Positions 44,191-54,892 of a stretch of 64,000 bases of DNA are shown piece by piece. Position 1 is the stretch's first letter; each line of letters opens with the position of its first letter. The position numbers and the translations under genes are program-made. The DNA is taken from the NCBI GenBank assembly GCA_963733035.1, contig CAVTBU010000006.1, positions 768,001-832,000 of the forward strand, read 5' to 3'. The DNA is from Pirellulales bacterium (GTDB taxonomy: Bacteria; Planctomycetota; Planctomycetia; Pirellulales; PALSA-1355). The notes under the pieces are model-generated. The model saw only the letters and a list, made by a program, of their open reading frames with translations, ran no database searches and was not told the origin of the DNA.

Positions 44191-45080
44191 GAGGCGGCAT
44201 CCTCGGGCTCGTAGAAATGACGAAACAGCGACTCCAGGTCCGGCCGGCCGACCTTCAAGTCTTCGATCGGCCGGTTGGCCAGCCAGGCCACGAATGGTTC
44301 CAGCGGCCCCTCGAGGCGTGCTTCCCAAACCAGCGGCTCACGCTCGGTAATCGTGAGAAACGGCGGCGGATCCACCGCGCCGGCGGTCGCTTCGCGCGAA
44401 CGAATCGTGACGATGTGTCCGGCGCGGGCCTGAAGTTCCGCGAGCGATTCGTTGGCCACGATCCGACCGGCGCGAATCATCGCCACGCGGTCGCAGAGCT
44501 GTTCGACTTCACCCAGTGTGTGGCTGGAGAAGAACACCGTATGCCCGGTCGTGGCCATCTCGCGGAGCAGTTCCAGAAACACGCTTTGCATCAGCGGGTC
44601 GAGCGTGACGGTCGGCTCGTCGAGAATCAGCAGCCGTGGCCGATGCGCCAGGGCCAGGATCAGTCCTAGTTTCTGCCGCATCCCGCGCGACATGTTGCGG
44701 ACCTTGGTCGTCAAGTCGAGCGAGAACCGCTCCGCCAATTGCCGGCCGTAGGGCAACAAATCGCGGCCCCGGATGCGGCCCCAGATGCGCAGCGCCGAGT
44801 TTCCGTCGAGCCAACTGTGCAACCGCAGGTCGCCTGGCACGTAGCCGACTTCCCCTTTGATCGCGTCGCTCTGTCGCCAACAATCGAGCCCAAAGATGCG
44901 GGCTTGTCCTGCCGATGGGCGCAGCAGCCCTAGCATGACGCGGATCGTCGTCGTCTTTCCGGCGCCGTTCGGACCCAGGAAGCCAAACAGCGTACCTTCG
45001 CGCACCGTCAGGTCGACCGATTCAATGCCGCGGCGCGAGCCATAGCGACGCGTCAGCGAACTGGTTTCGATGATCGACAT
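44187..45080 (-). CDS. ABC transporter ATP-binding protein
   Basis: GPNGAGKTT; MSRGMRQK; LILDEP; FSSH. Confidence 0.93.
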   Translation of the reverse strand: MSIIETSSLTRRYGSRRGIESVDLTVREGTLFGFLGPNGAGKTTTIRVMLGLLRPSAGQARIFGLDCWRQSDAIKGEVGYVPGDLRLHSWLDGNSALRIWGRIRGRDLLPYGRQLAERFSLDLTTKVRNMSRGMRQKLGLILALAHRPRLLILDEPTVTLDPLMQSVFLELLREMATTGHTVFFSSHTLGEVEQLCDRVAMIRAGRIVANESLAELQARAGHIVTIRSREATAGAVDPPPFLTITEREPLVWEARLEGPLEPFVAWLANRPIEDLKVGRPDLESLFRHFYEPEDAAS

Positions 45081-45141
45081 GGGCGCCGATTATAGCGAAT
45101 CGCCGCCGTCGAAGTTGGAACGCACCAGCGGGCCGCGCCAT

Positions 45142-45612
45142 TCAAATATGGCAGCTCGACTGGCCACGCTTTTCCAGGTACTGCTGATGGTACTCTTCGG
45201 CCCGATAGAATTCGGCAGCCGGCACGATTTGCGTGACGATCGGCCGCCGCAGCTTGCCGCTATCGGCCAGCGCTTGCTTCGAGGCCTCGGCCGCGGCTTG
45301 TTGCTCGGGCGTGTGGTAGAAGATGGCCGAGCGGTATTGCGAGCCGTAGTCGGGGCCCTGACGATTGAGTTGCGTGGGGTCGTGGTTCGCCCAGAAGACT
45401 TCCAGCAGATTCTCGTAGCTCACCTGGGCCGGGTCGTACTCGACTTCGACGGCCTCGGCATGTCCTGTCCGATCGGTGCAGACTTGTTCGTAGGTCGGGC
45501 TCGTCATCTGTCCGCCGGTATAGCCGACCGCGGTTTGCTTAACGCCCGGAACCTGCCGGAACGCCGCCTCGACACCCCAGAAACAACCTGCCGCGAACGT
45601 GGCCTTCGTCAT
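45142..45612 (-). CDS. msrA: Peptide methionine sulfoxide reductase A
   Basis: [23 protein letters not shown]. Confidence 0.96.
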   Translation of the reverse strand: MTKATFAAGCFWGVEAAFRQVPGVKQTAVGYTGGQMTSPTYEQVCTDRTGHAEAVEVEYDPAQVSYENLLEVFWANHDPTQLNRQGPDYGSQYRSAIFYHTPEQQAAAEASKQALADSGKLRRPIVTQIVPAAEFYRAEEYHQQYLEKRGQSSCHI

Positions 45613-45624
45613 CGCCTGACTCCT

Positions 45625-46356
45625 TTACTTGTGTTTGGCTTTTCCCTTCGCCGCCCGCGTGGGATTGCCCTTGATCTCGTTGAGCCTGGCCGCGATGCGA
45701 ACCAACTCTTGTAATTCCTTCTTGCCGGCGTCCTTCAAGCTGCTGAGCTTGATGTGCCGCATCTTTTCGCCGGTGCCTTGCAGTAGTTTACGGGGATCGG
45801 GCAGCTCCACGCCGCGCCAAAAACCCAATTTTACATGTTTTGTATGCGCCTTGATCCAAGCGAACGGCCCGTGATGTTCGTACACCGGCTGCGACCCCTG
45901 CACCTTTTCGGACGCCGCCGGCGCCGCCTTCCGGATCATTGTACGCAGGGTGGCAACGGCGTCCTGGCGCCAGCCGTTGAGCGTGGACAAATAGCCTTCC
46001 ACCGACTTTTCGGCCGGCGGCATCTTTACCGTGGCGAGCCTGGCGGTCTTTTTCGGCTTCGACCTCACGGCCGGCTTGGTCTTGGCGTTTTTCATGGAAG
46101 ACCCTTTCCGTTTGGTAGCGGCTTTCTTGGCGGGTTTGTGTTTGGCGGGCTTCGTTTTCGCGGGCGGGGTAGTGGCGGACTTTTTCTCTGTTTTCTTGGG
46201 AGCGGACTTCTTGGCGGTGGATTTCTTGACGGTTTTTTTCGGAGTTTTCTTCGCCGGCGTTTTTTCGTCCTTGTTTGTCGGCTTCGATTTCTCGGCGGCC
46301 TTCTTGTTGGTTGACTTGCCGACCGCTGGTTTCGCGGTGGTTTTCTTTTTGGCCAT
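45625..46356 (-). CDS. DUF1801-like protein with histone H1-like Lys-rich N-terminus
   Basis: About 110 aa rich in K/A/T/P, then VEGYL..LRTMIRKAAP..GFWRGVELPDP..LLQGTGEKMRHIKL. Confidence 0.75.
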   Translation of the reverse strand: MAKKKTTAKPAVGKSTNKKAAEKSKPTNKDEKTPAKKTPKKTVKKSTAKKSAPKKTEKKSATTPPAKTKPAKHKPAKKAATKRKGSSMKNAKTKPAVRSKPKKTARLATVKMPPAEKSVEGYLSTLNGWRQDAVATLRTMIRKAAPAASEKVQGSQPVYEHHGPFAWIKAHTKHVKLGFWRGVELPDPRKLLQGTGEKMRHIKLSSLKDAGKKELQELVRIAARLNEIKGNPTRAAKGKAKHK

Positions 46357-46485
46357 CGTCGTCACCGCCTGATTCGTGCCTGGTTTGACCTATCACCGGT
46401 CTCTATAACGTAGCACTCCGGACTCAATCGGGACGTGCCGGTTTTGACGATTGTGCGCCACGGGAGGTCGCCCCCTCGCGCAAAC

Positions 46486-46518
46486 AAAAACCCAGGGAAC
46501 TAAATTCCCTGGGCTTTT
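46486..46518. terminator. Intrinsic terminator
   Basis: AAAAACCCAGGGAA-CTAAA-TTCCCTGGGCTTTT. Confidence 0.8.
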
Positions 46519-46575
46519 GTGACTTCGAATTGGCACCGTGCCGCATCCATCACGGCACGGTTTCCCGCAGCATGG

Positions 46576-47466
46576 TTAACGCACGGCTTCGTTCAGCATC
46601 TTGGTGTTCGGCACGCTGCGACGATTCAACAGACCGTCCTCGTCGGTTTCGATGATCGTGGCCACGGGCCCAACTTCGCGGACCGTCCCTTCCATGTGAC
46701 CGATCGTCACGTGGTCGCCGGAGTGCACCCGCTGCCGTACGTAGTAGCCGGCCAGGATGCCCGCCATCACATCGCGACCCCCCAGCCCGAAGGCCAGGCC
46801 AAAGCCCACGGCCACCGAGCCGGCGGCGATCAGGATCAACTGGTTGAGCAGTTCGAACTGCACGCCCACCTGGTTGAAGGCCGCGATGAACGTGAGCAGG
46901 GCGAACGCGTAGTAACAGCCGTTGGCCAAGTGTTCGGCATACGACAGCCCGACGCGATCGGCGCTGGTGGCGACCACGCCCCGCAGGAACGTGGCAACCA
47001 AGAGACCGACGACCACGACGACCGTGGCCAACAGCAGCTTGGGAATGTAGGCCACGATGCTTTCCATCGGCTTGGTCAGCGTTTCGGCTCCGAGGATGTT
47101 GAAGCCGGCCATCAGGAAGATCAGCATCAGCAGCCAGAAGACGATCGTGCCGACGATGGCCGACACGTTTCGCTGGATACCAACCCGCTGCATCGACTCG
47201 GCCAGGCCGCTTTGTTCGGCGGCGGTTTGCAGGCCCAGCTTCTCGGCCAGCGTGGTGGCCATTTTTCCCAGCAGGCGGGCAACCACATAGCCGATCACGA
47301 TCACCACGACCATGGCCACCACTTGCGGCGCCCATTCGATGGTGTTGTGCCAGGCGTTGGCGAAGCTATCGCGCACCGCCTCGGTCGAGCTGGTAAACGT
47401 CTTAGTCACGGTTTCAGTCGTTTTTTCGGCGACGGTCGTGCCGTCGGCAAAAGCAAGCAATCTCAT
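46576..47466 (-). CDS. Small-conductance mechanosensitive channel-related protein (TM-helix repeats, CmpX-like)
   Basis: Two 'P..v.a..v..iG..vA' repeats; GLAFGLGGRD; GDHVTIG..EGTVREVG..VPN. Confidence 0.8.
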   Translation of the reverse strand: MRLLAFADGTTVAEKTTETVTKTFTSSTEAVRDSFANAWHNTIEWAPQVVAMVVVIVIGYVVARLLGKMATTLAEKLGLQTAAEQSGLAESMQRVGIQRNVSAIVGTIVFWLLMLIFLMAGFNILGAETLTKPMESIVAYIPKLLLATVVVVVGLLVATFLRGVVATSADRVGLSYAEHLANGCYYAFALLTFIAAFNQVGVQFELLNQLILIAAGSVAVGFGLAFGLGGRDVMAGILAGYYVRQRVHSGDHVTIGHMEGTVREVGPVATIIETDEDGLLNRRSVPNTKMLNEAVR

Positions 47467-47494
47467 GTTTCGGTCCTTTCACGTAAAGTGTTTG

Positions 47495-47517
47495 AAAAAG
47501 GGGACAGTCCCCTTTTT
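47495..47517. terminator. Palindrome (terminator or REP-like)
   Basis: AAAAAGGGGAC-A-GTCCCCTTTTT. Confidence 0.65.
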
Positions 47518-47532
47518 GGTTCCGGCGATCAA

Positions 47533-47766
47533 CTAACGTTTGCGCTTGGTTTTCATTTCGTAGCGTCCCGTCACGGTGTACAGCACCAGGCCGACGAAGG
47601 CCCGGGCGAACTGGCCCAGCGCCCAGGGCACGGCGCCAAACACCAGGTCGATCATCTGCCCGATCACCAGCGAGCGGTTCACTCGCTCGTGTAGCTGCTG
47701 GTCGAACCGCTCCGGCGGAGGCGGCACGTCCAGCTCGGCAAGTTTGTCAAACAGGTCGGTTGCCAT
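47533..47766 (-). CDS. Small membrane protein, candidate anti-sigma factor
   Basis: Directly after the ECF gene; VPPPPERFDQQLHERV followed by a hydrophobic segment. Confidence 0.6.
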   Translation of the reverse strand: MATDLFDKLAELDVPPPPERFDQQLHERVNRSLVIGQMIDLVFGAVPWALGQFARAFVGLVLYTVTGRYEMKTKRKR

Positions 47767-47790
47767 CGTTGTGGTCCGTCTTAGACAGCC

Positions 47791-48342
47791 TTAGGGAGAT
47801 TGTTCGGGAAATCGCTGCTGTAGTTTTTCGCGAGCTCGCGAGAGCCGCATCTTGCAGGCGCTGACCGACATGTCGAAGATCTCGGCCAGCTCGTTGTAGT
47901 CGTAGTTCTCCGCGTACTTGAGGATCAGCATCGCGCGATCCTCCTCGTCCAGAACTTCAAGCATCTGCATCAGGTCGAGCGCCAGGGCCGGGCGGCCGGG
48001 CTGCTGCCGCGGCTCTTGTTGTTCCCACTGCTGGTCGCTCGCGGTGTCTTCGTGTTTGCGTCGTCGTCCGCGGCCGCGGCGCAGCGTCAGGCAGGTGCGC
48101 ACCGCGATCGCATGAACCCAAGTGGCGTATTTCGAGCGGCCTTCAAACTTCGTACGGTGGGTAAACAACCGTACGAACACTTCCTGCGCCGCGTCGTTGG
48201 CGTCTTGTTCGTTGCCCAGCAGGCGGAAACAAATCCGCCACACCCGCTGCCGAAAGCGTTCCACCAGCGCGACAAATGCCACGCCGTCAGAACCCTCGCG
48301 GGCAGCTTCGGCCGCCAGTTGCTCGTCGGTGCGTTCGATCAC
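47791..48342 (-). CDS. ECF sigma-70 family factor
   Basis: TDEQL; DANDAAQEVF; FEGRSKYATW; YNELAEIFD..KMRLSRAREKL. Confidence 0.92.
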   Translation of the reverse strand: MIERTDEQLAAEAAREGSDGVAFVALVERFRQRVWRICFRLLGNEQDANDAAQEVFVRLFTHRTKFEGRSKYATWVHAIAVRTCLTLRRGRGRRRKHEDTASDQQWEQQEPRQQPGRPALALDLMQMLEVLDEEDRAMLILKYAENYDYNELAEIFDMSVSACKMRLSRAREKLQQRFPEQSP

Positions 48343-48713
48343 TTCCAAACTTCGAAACCCCCGCAACAAGCATGGCATGCCTGCCGGCCACCTCCGTGTT
48401 TGCCTCCGAAACATTCGTTGCCGGAAAGCGCAGGGCCGTCACGGAATTTTGGGGAGCTGGGAAAAATCGGTCGCCGTCGCAAGATACCGAATATTCGGGC
48501 GATACCGCCGAAACCGAGGAAAACGGAGCAGATTTGGGCCCCGCCGGTCAAGAGCAGCTTTTTTCCCTGAATCGGCCTGAAACGTCCGTTTGTAGGCCAC
48601 CGTCCGCCAATGCCTGTCCCGCTCTACGTTCTTCGTTTGGTGTCGCTCGTTGGCCAGCCGTGCGAACATTTCGAGCAAAACCCACGCGACCGCACTGCGT
48701 ATACTCGAAATAG

Positions 48714-49424
48714 ATGGCAACGTTTTCCGCCAAGCCCCGCTACGTCCGTTTCAGCCTCCGCGCGATACTTCTCGCTATGCTCCTGGCGGGCATCGTCTTT
48801 GGCTGGATCCAACGCAGTCGACAACAGCGCGAGTCAATCCGTCAAATACGCGCCTCGAACCCAACCGCGGCATTGCTCTATAATTTTGAAGTCGATGCAT
48901 CCGGCGCCCTCAAGCAGCAAGGCACGCCGCCGGGGCCCGACTGGCTCCGGGAGCGCTTGGGCGTCGATTACCTGTCCAGCATCGTCGGTGTCGACATGTT
49001 CTATCCGACGGATGCCGACGTGGCGATCCTCGGTCGATTCCCGCGGCTGAGACGCCTGCATCTCGAACGCAGCATCGATCTCACAGACAAGGGACTGGAG
49101 CACCTGGTGAAACTCACCTCGCTCAAGCTGCTTGTGCTCGGAGAAGCGGACCAGGTGACCGACGCGGGCTTACAGCAACTGGCGGCTCTCAAGAATCTGG
49201 TCGAGCTGCGCCTCGATCGCTCGCGACGCATGACGTCGGAGGGCATTGAGCGACTGCGTCAACGCCTACCGAACTGCCGCATTGAGATCCGCGACAACCC
49301 GGACAACGAAGTTTTCGCGTCCGCCGCCGAGGATCCCTGGCGATCACTCGCAGCACACGACGTGCAACTCACCACTTCAGCCCGAACTTCTCGCCGGTGG
49401 CCGGGCCGCCGATGCCGCCTTTGA
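48714..49424 (+). CDS. Membrane-anchored short LRR protein
   Basis: RFSLRAILL signal anchor; [10 protein letters not shown]; 3-4 LRRs; LPNCRI cap. Confidence 0.75.
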   Translation: MATFSAKPRYVRFSLRAILLAMLLAGIVFGWIQRSRQQRESIRQIRASNPTAALLYNFEVDASGALKQQGTPPGPDWLRERLGVDYLSSIVGVDMFYPTDADVAILGRFPRLRRLHLERSIDLTDKGLEHLVKLTSLKLLVLGEADQVTDAGLQQLAALKNLVELRLDRSRRMTSEGIERLRQRLPNCRIEIRDNPDNEVFASAAEDPWRSLAAHDVQLTTSARTSRRWPGRRCRL

Positions 49425-51089
49425 GCGGAACCTTGCGCTTCTTCGGCGGAGCAGGGGGTGTTTCGGGTTCGGCAGTTTCCTCGGGCTCATCTTTGGCGGC
49501 CGGTGCGGCCTTGGCTTCGAGCGCCTTGAGCGACAGGCCGATCCGCTGTTGCTCGGGATCGACGGTGAGGATCATCACCTCGACCTCTTGTCCTTCGCTG
49601 AGGACGTCCGTCACGCGGAATACTCGTTTGTGCGAGAGCTCCGAGATGTGTACCAGTCCTTCCACGCCGGGAGCCAATCGCACGAAGGCGCCGAACTCGG
49701 TAATCCGCGTGACGCGCCCCTTGGCGGTCGAGCGGGTCGGAAAGTCGCGCTGCACGTTCTCCCAGGGGTTTTCCGACAAGTCGCGGAAGCCCAGGCCAAT
49801 CTTGCCGGTGTTGGGGTCGATCTTGAGAATCTTGACCTTCACCTTCTGCCCGACCTGCAGCACTTCGTCGGCGTGCTTGATGCGGTCCCAGCTCAGTTGG
49901 CTGATGTGAATCAAGCCGTCGATGCCCCCCAGGTCGACAAACGCGCCGAAGTTCTGCAGGCTGCGAACCGTGCCTTCGTGCGACTGGCCCACTTCGAGCG
50001 AGGCCATCATCGACTCTTTTGCGTCGGCCTTCTCGCGTTCGAGCACTGCCCGGCGGCTGAGCACCAGGTTGCGTTTTTCGGGATTGGCCTCGGTGACGAC
50101 GCAATTGAACTTCTCGTCGACAAACTGTGCGAGGTCTTCCACGCGATACAGTGAAACCTGGCTGGCGGGGATGAAGCCGCGGAGCTTGTTCACTTCGCAT
50201 TCCAGCCCGCCCTTGTTGTGGCCGGTCACGCGGGCTTCGACAACCATCCCTTCGGCCACGTCCGACCAATCGCCCACGTCGACCGCACCGCCCGGCAGCG
50301 TCAATTCGTAAAGTCCCTCGGCCGGGTCAAACCGGCTGATCGCGACGTCGATGACCGCGCCGATCTCGGGTGGTTCGGCAAAGTTCTTCAGCTGCACGAC
50401 GCCTTGCTGACGCCCGCCAATGTCGACGAATACGTCCTCGCGGTGGATGGCGATCACCTTGCCCTGGTGTCGCGACTCGGGTTCGAGTTCGACCGCGGGT
50501 GGTTTGTTCTCGCTGGCGATGATGTCGTCGACCGATTGGCCCCCCAGGGCGGCCATGTATTCCAATTCCAGATCTTCGGACAGGTCGGCGCGAAGATTCG
50601 GCAGCTCGACTCTGCGCGTGGGGGTTGGTTCGAGCATCGGAACCGAACCGCGCGACTTTTGCCGCGCCCCTGGCGCGGTTTGTCTTGCTCGGATTGCGGC
50701 GGCGCGGCGGGAGCCGCAGGGTCGGCAGCCGACTGCGCTAACTCCGCCGCCGGAGCAGCGGTAGCTTCAGCGGCCAACGGTTCGGCCGCCGGTTGATCGC
50801 TCGGTTCGTTGACCGCCATTGGCGATTCTGTTGGCAAATCGGTTTGCGCTTCCGGCTGACGGGCTTCGACAGTGACCGGCTTGGGTGGGCCGGTCACGAC
50901 TGGTTTGGGCACCGCCAGCGGGGCCTTTACCCCATAACGCTGCGTGCCAATGCGGATCGAAGGTCCCTTGCGGCGCTGTTCTGCTTGCGACGCCGACTCC
51001 TGCGATACTTCCGCCGGAGGATTCTCGGGAGAGGTCGATTCGGCCGAAGGGGCCGGGGCGGGGTCGCCGCTTTCGGTTGGGCTACTCAT
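49369..51089 (-). CDS. S1 RNA-binding domain protein, RpsA-like, with long disordered N-terminus (frameshift near 50650)
   Basis: About four S1 repeats ([46 protein letters not shown]); ORFs 50454..51089 and 49369..50637 join. Confidence 0.85.
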
Positions 51090-51262
51090 TGCAACTCGAA
51101 GACTCTACAAAACAACGCCGGGAACCAGATGGATCGGGCTATTTTAGCAGTCGCCCCCGCACGCGTACAATGGACTGCCGGACTCCAAATGCCACCCGAT
51201 CCCTGGACGCTTGCTTTCCACTTCCGAGGCTGGTTCCAGTCGAGAATGAGACATCGACCCCT

Positions 51263-51823
51263 ATGAATTTCGAGACGACATCCTTTGGGCCGGCCATCGC
51301 GTCGCTGTTGGAAGCGGCTCCTTGTAATGAACTAGGCCCTGGCAAGCCAGACCAGACACGCCGGGGCGCACTCACCTCGCTGACGGCCGAATCACTCGTC
51401 GCTCCGCACAAATTGGCCGACCGCGACATGGCGCTGGCGGCCCTGGCGGGCCTTTGGTTGCGATTCGATTTTCTGGATGAGTCGCACCGCATCAGCCAAG
51501 ACCTGGAAAACAGTACCGGGAGCTATTGGCACGGGATCATGCATCGCCGGGAACCCGACTTTGGAAATTCGAAGTATTGGTTCCGCCGCGTGGGCACGCA
51601 TCCGGTGTTTGAGCCGTTGGTGGCCGACGCGCGGCAATTGGTAACCGGCGCCTCCAGCAAGGCCGGGTTCCTCGTCGAGCAGGCCGACTGGGATCCATTT
51701 GCGTTCGTTGATTTGTGTGAGGCGGCCCGCGGCTCGTCGGAGCTCGCGGCATTGTGTATGAAGATTCAGCAGCGGGAATGGGAGTTGTTGTTCGATTACT
51801 GTTACCGTCGCGCGGCGGCGTGA
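51263..51823 (+). CDS. Conserved hypothetical protein
   Basis: LDESHRISQD..GSYWHGIMHRREPDFGNSKYWFRRVG; typical codon use. Confidence 0.75.
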   Translation: MNFETTSFGPAIASLLEAAPCNELGPGKPDQTRRGALTSLTAESLVAPHKLADRDMALAALAGLWLRFDFLDESHRISQDLENSTGSYWHGIMHRREPDFGNSKYWFRRVGTHPVFEPLVADARQLVTGASSKAGFLVEQADWDPFAFVDLCEAARGSSELAALCMKIQQREWELLFDYCYRRAAA

Positions 51824-51932
51824 GCAGAACTCATCGCGTCGCGTGTTGCCGTGTGCCGGTTCTCAATTGACGACTTGGCCACGACACGCTACGACATCGG
51901 TAGGCGAAATAAAGCACGGGCCGAATGCCGAC

Positions 51933-52538
51933 ATGACATTTCAGTTTCTCTGCCCACAGGGGCATCTGTTGCAGGGCGAAGAAGCGCACATGGGCATGCA
52001 GTGCCAATGCCCGCAGTGCGGAACGGCGTTTATCATTCCCACGATCGAGCGACCTGCTGAGCCGTCGGTCGGACAACAGGCGGCCCCGGACTTGGACCTG
52101 GCGCCGCTCGAAGAGCCCGACCCGATGGGCAGTGTCGGCGCGCCGGCAACGAAGTCGGGGCACAAGTTTCCGCCCGCCCGTTCGCCGCAGGAACACTTCG
52201 CCGGAGACAGCGGTGCGGAAAGTTTTTCATCTCCCGATCCGGAATTCGACGAGGGAATCGAAGAGTTCTCCGACGAGGTTGCCGAAACGCTGCTGCACAT
52301 TCCCTGTCCGAACGGTCACGTGCTGGACGTGCCGCTCGACATGATTGGGGCCAGGGCCATGTGCCCGCATTGCCGCGCCGAGTTTCGCCTGAGGCGCGAA
52401 AAGAGCGAGGAGTACGTCCGCGAACAGGAGATCCTCGACGCCAAGCGGGCCCAGTTTTGGTTTAAGCTGGCGATCATTGCCGCCGGGGTTGTGGTGGTCG
52501 TGTTGTTGGTGATGATTCTCGCCACGGCCCTGACCTAA
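51933..52538 (+). CDS. Double zinc-ribbon protein with C-terminal TM anchor
   Basis: CPQGH..CPQC and CPNGH..CPHC; hydrophobic C-terminus. Confidence 0.75.
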   Translation: MTFQFLCPQGHLLQGEEAHMGMQCQCPQCGTAFIIPTIERPAEPSVGQQAAPDLDLAPLEEPDPMGSVGAPATKSGHKFPPARSPQEHFAGDSGAESFSSPDPEFDEGIEEFSDEVAETLLHIPCPNGHVLDVPLDMIGARAMCPHCRAEFRLRREKSEEYVREQEILDAKRAQFWFKLAIIAAGVVVVVLLVMILATALT

Positions 52539-52574
52539 CAGCGCGCAGCCGGACGGCCGAATTCAGGCGTTCCA

Positions 52575-53510
52575 TTGCACTCTCACCAGCGGGAATCAGC
52601 CATTAGCGAGTCTTTGCCAGATCGGGTCGTTTCCGCTCCGGCGGCAGCCAGAGCTGTCAGCGGCCGACTGTGGGTTCTGGTGGCCGCGGTCATGTGGAGT
52701 TCGAGCGGCCTGTTTGCCAAGGCCACCACGTTTGAGGTCTGGCCGATCGACTCGCGCGGCGTGCTGTTGGCCTTTTGGCGGGCGGCGTTTGCCGGCGTGC
52801 TCTTGCTTCCCGGCGTGCGGCAACCACGCTGGGACTGGCGGCTCATCCCGCTGTGCATCGCCTTCCTGGTAATGAACATCACGTATCTCTCGGCCATGAC
52901 GATCACCACCGCGGCCAATTCCATCTGGCTGCAAAGCACGGCGCCCTGGTGGGTGCTGCTGGTGGGCGTCGTGGCGCTTGGCGATCCGTTCCCGCGCAGC
53001 GAGCGCGTGCCGCTTGTCGTTGGCGGCTTGGGACTGGCGATCATCCTGTGGTTCGAAGCGCAGGGGCAAGCCCGCGCTGGCGTCTTGCTGGGGCTGGTTT
53101 CCGGGTTTTCCTATGCGGGCGTGGTGCTTTCACTGCGTGCGCTGCGCGGACTCGACACGGTGTGGATTGTGGCCGTGGCACACCTGGTCACGGCCGCCTG
53201 CATTTTCCCCTACGTCGCCTACCTCGGCATCTGGCCCACCGCGACACAGCTTCCCGTGCTTGCCGGCTTCGGGATGTTGCAAATGGCACTGCCATACGTG
53301 TTCTTCGCCCGCGGCCTGCGCAGCGTCACGTCGCAAGAAGCGACAGTCATCGGGCTGCTCGAACCGATCCTGCTGCCGGTGTGGGTCTACCTGGCCTGGG
53401 GCGAAGTACCCGCCCCGTGGACGATCGTGGGGGGCGGGCTGATTCTGACGGGGCTCTTTTTGCGTTATGGCGTTCCGTTGTTGCGCAGGCCGCCACCGGC
53501 ATCGCGGTGA
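52575..53510 (+). CDS. DMT/EamA family transporter
   Basis: About 10 TM; LQSTAP; LLEPILLPVWV..GE. Confidence 0.88.
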   Translation: MHSHQRESAISESLPDRVVSAPAAARAVSGRLWVLVAAVMWSSSGLFAKATTFEVWPIDSRGVLLAFWRAAFAGVLLLPGVRQPRWDWRLIPLCIAFLVMNITYLSAMTITTAANSIWLQSTAPWWVLLVGVVALGDPFPRSERVPLVVGGLGLAIILWFEAQGQARAGVLLGLVSGFSYAGVVLSLRALRGLDTVWIVAVAHLVTAACIFPYVAYLGIWPTATQLPVLAGFGMLQMALPYVFFARGLRSVTSQEATVIGLLEPILLPVWVYLAWGEVPAPWTIVGGGLILTGLFLRYGVPLLRRPPPASR

Positions 53511-53602
53511 TACGTCGCTGTTTCTTGCACGGCGGTTTCATCGCAAGTAGTTTGGTGCCGAGTCGTCTTCGATGCTCCGCCACTTCAGTCTCTGGTGTTA
53601 CC

Positions 53603-54892
53603 ATGCGACGTATCTCCGTCTGGCCAATTTGCTTGTTATCGCTAATCGTGTTTGGCGTTGCCGCCGGTGTCCGCGGCGATAGCCCGTTGTGTTCCGTCGC
53701 CGACTATTTGCCGGCCGATTTCGCGCGCGACGGTTCGGTTGTCTACCGGGACGAAATACAGCGTGCGATCGACGAGGCCGCCGAATCGGGCCGCACGCTG
53801 GTGTTTCCGTCGATCACATACGCCGCCGATGAACGTGGCTGGCAACTTCACGGTGGCTCGCGGCTGCGAATGACTGGGGCGGTATTTGAAGTGCGCGCCG
53901 ACGCCAAGTCCGACGGCGCCGTATTCAACGGCCGCGACGTCAACGACGTCGAGCTCGTCGGCGGCAAGATCGTCGGCCGCAACGATGTCTGGCCCGATGG
54001 GGTCAACGTGCGCGGCGTTTATATTACTGGCCAGTCGTCGGGCATTCGAATCGTGGGCCTCCATGCCCACGGACTCAGCAGCAACGGCATTGGCATTTTT
54101 GGCGCCGAAGGCAACCTGATTCGGGACGTATGGATCGAAGATGCGGTGCTTGTGCATTGTTGCAATCGCTATCCCGAGTATCTTTCCGAAGAAAAGTGGG
54201 AACAGGGAAGCCAGCGCGAAGATCAAGGGCTCGTGGCCTGCTATTTTGTCGAGGACTTCGTGGTCCGTGGCTGCCGCCTGGAACGTTCTCGATCCGACGG
54301 CACGCATTTTTACCGCTGTCGCCGCGGTCAGATTACCGATAACCGCATCTATCACGCCAAAATGGGAGGCTATTTCGTCGAAACGTGCGACGACGTAATC
54401 GGCCGTGGCAACGTGATGCTGGGCAACGGTTCGCGCGGCACGACCATCGAGCGCGGCTCGCGCAATTGCATCTTCTCCGGCAACGTCGTCAGCGGCAGCG
54501 GCCGCGAAGGATTGTGGGCGCCCGATTGCGTCGGCCTGGTCGTCACTTCCAACGTTTTCGACCGCAATGGCCGTAAACCAAACGGCCCCGAGCGGCGCTA
54601 CATCTGGAACGCCAACATCACGATCAACGACTCGCACGGCGATCCGTCCAATTCACCGACGCAAGGCTACGTCGTTGCCGACAACATCATTACGACGACC
54701 GCCGATCAGGTCGCGGCCATTCGCGTCGACACGGTCGACGCCACGGAGTCCATCGTTGTACGCGGCAATTTGCTCTGCGGCGAAAACGACAAGGTCCTCA
54801 TCGAAGGACCACGGGCCGCGGAAGTGCACTTCAACGACCCCACGGGAATCCGTGCCACCGGTTCGGCGTCAACAGCGCGGCAAGCCGACTAG
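53603..54892 (+). CDS. Secreted right-handed beta-helix (pectin lyase-like) protein
   Basis: Signal peptide; IQRAIDEA; repeated GN/DG/GI beta-helix coils. Confidence 0.8.
   Translation: MRRISVWPICLLSLIVFGVAAGVRGDSPLCSVADYLPADFARDGSVVYRDEIQRAIDEAAESGRTLVFPSITYAADERGWQLHGGSRLRMTGAVFEVRADAKSDGAVFNGRDVNDVELVGGKIVGRNDVWPDGVNVRGVYITGQSSGIRIVGLHAHGLSSNGIGIFGAEGNLIRDVWIEDAVLVHCCNRYPEYLSEEKWEQGSQREDQGLVACYFVEDFVVRGCRLERSRSDGTHFYRCRRGQITDNRIYHAKMGGYFVETCDDVIGRGNVMLGNGSRGTTIERGSRNCIFSGNVVSGSGREGLWAPDCVGLVVTSNVFDRNGRKPNGPERRYIWNANITINDSHGDPSNSPTQGYVVADNIITTTADQVAAIRVDTVDATESIVVRGNLLCGENDKVLIEGPRAAEVHFNDPTGIRATGSASTARQAD

Noticed and set aside
52775..53602. N-terminal 276 aa of the 705-aa ORF
   Set aside because: Overlaps the EamA gene out of frame; the real start with a signal peptide is at 53603.
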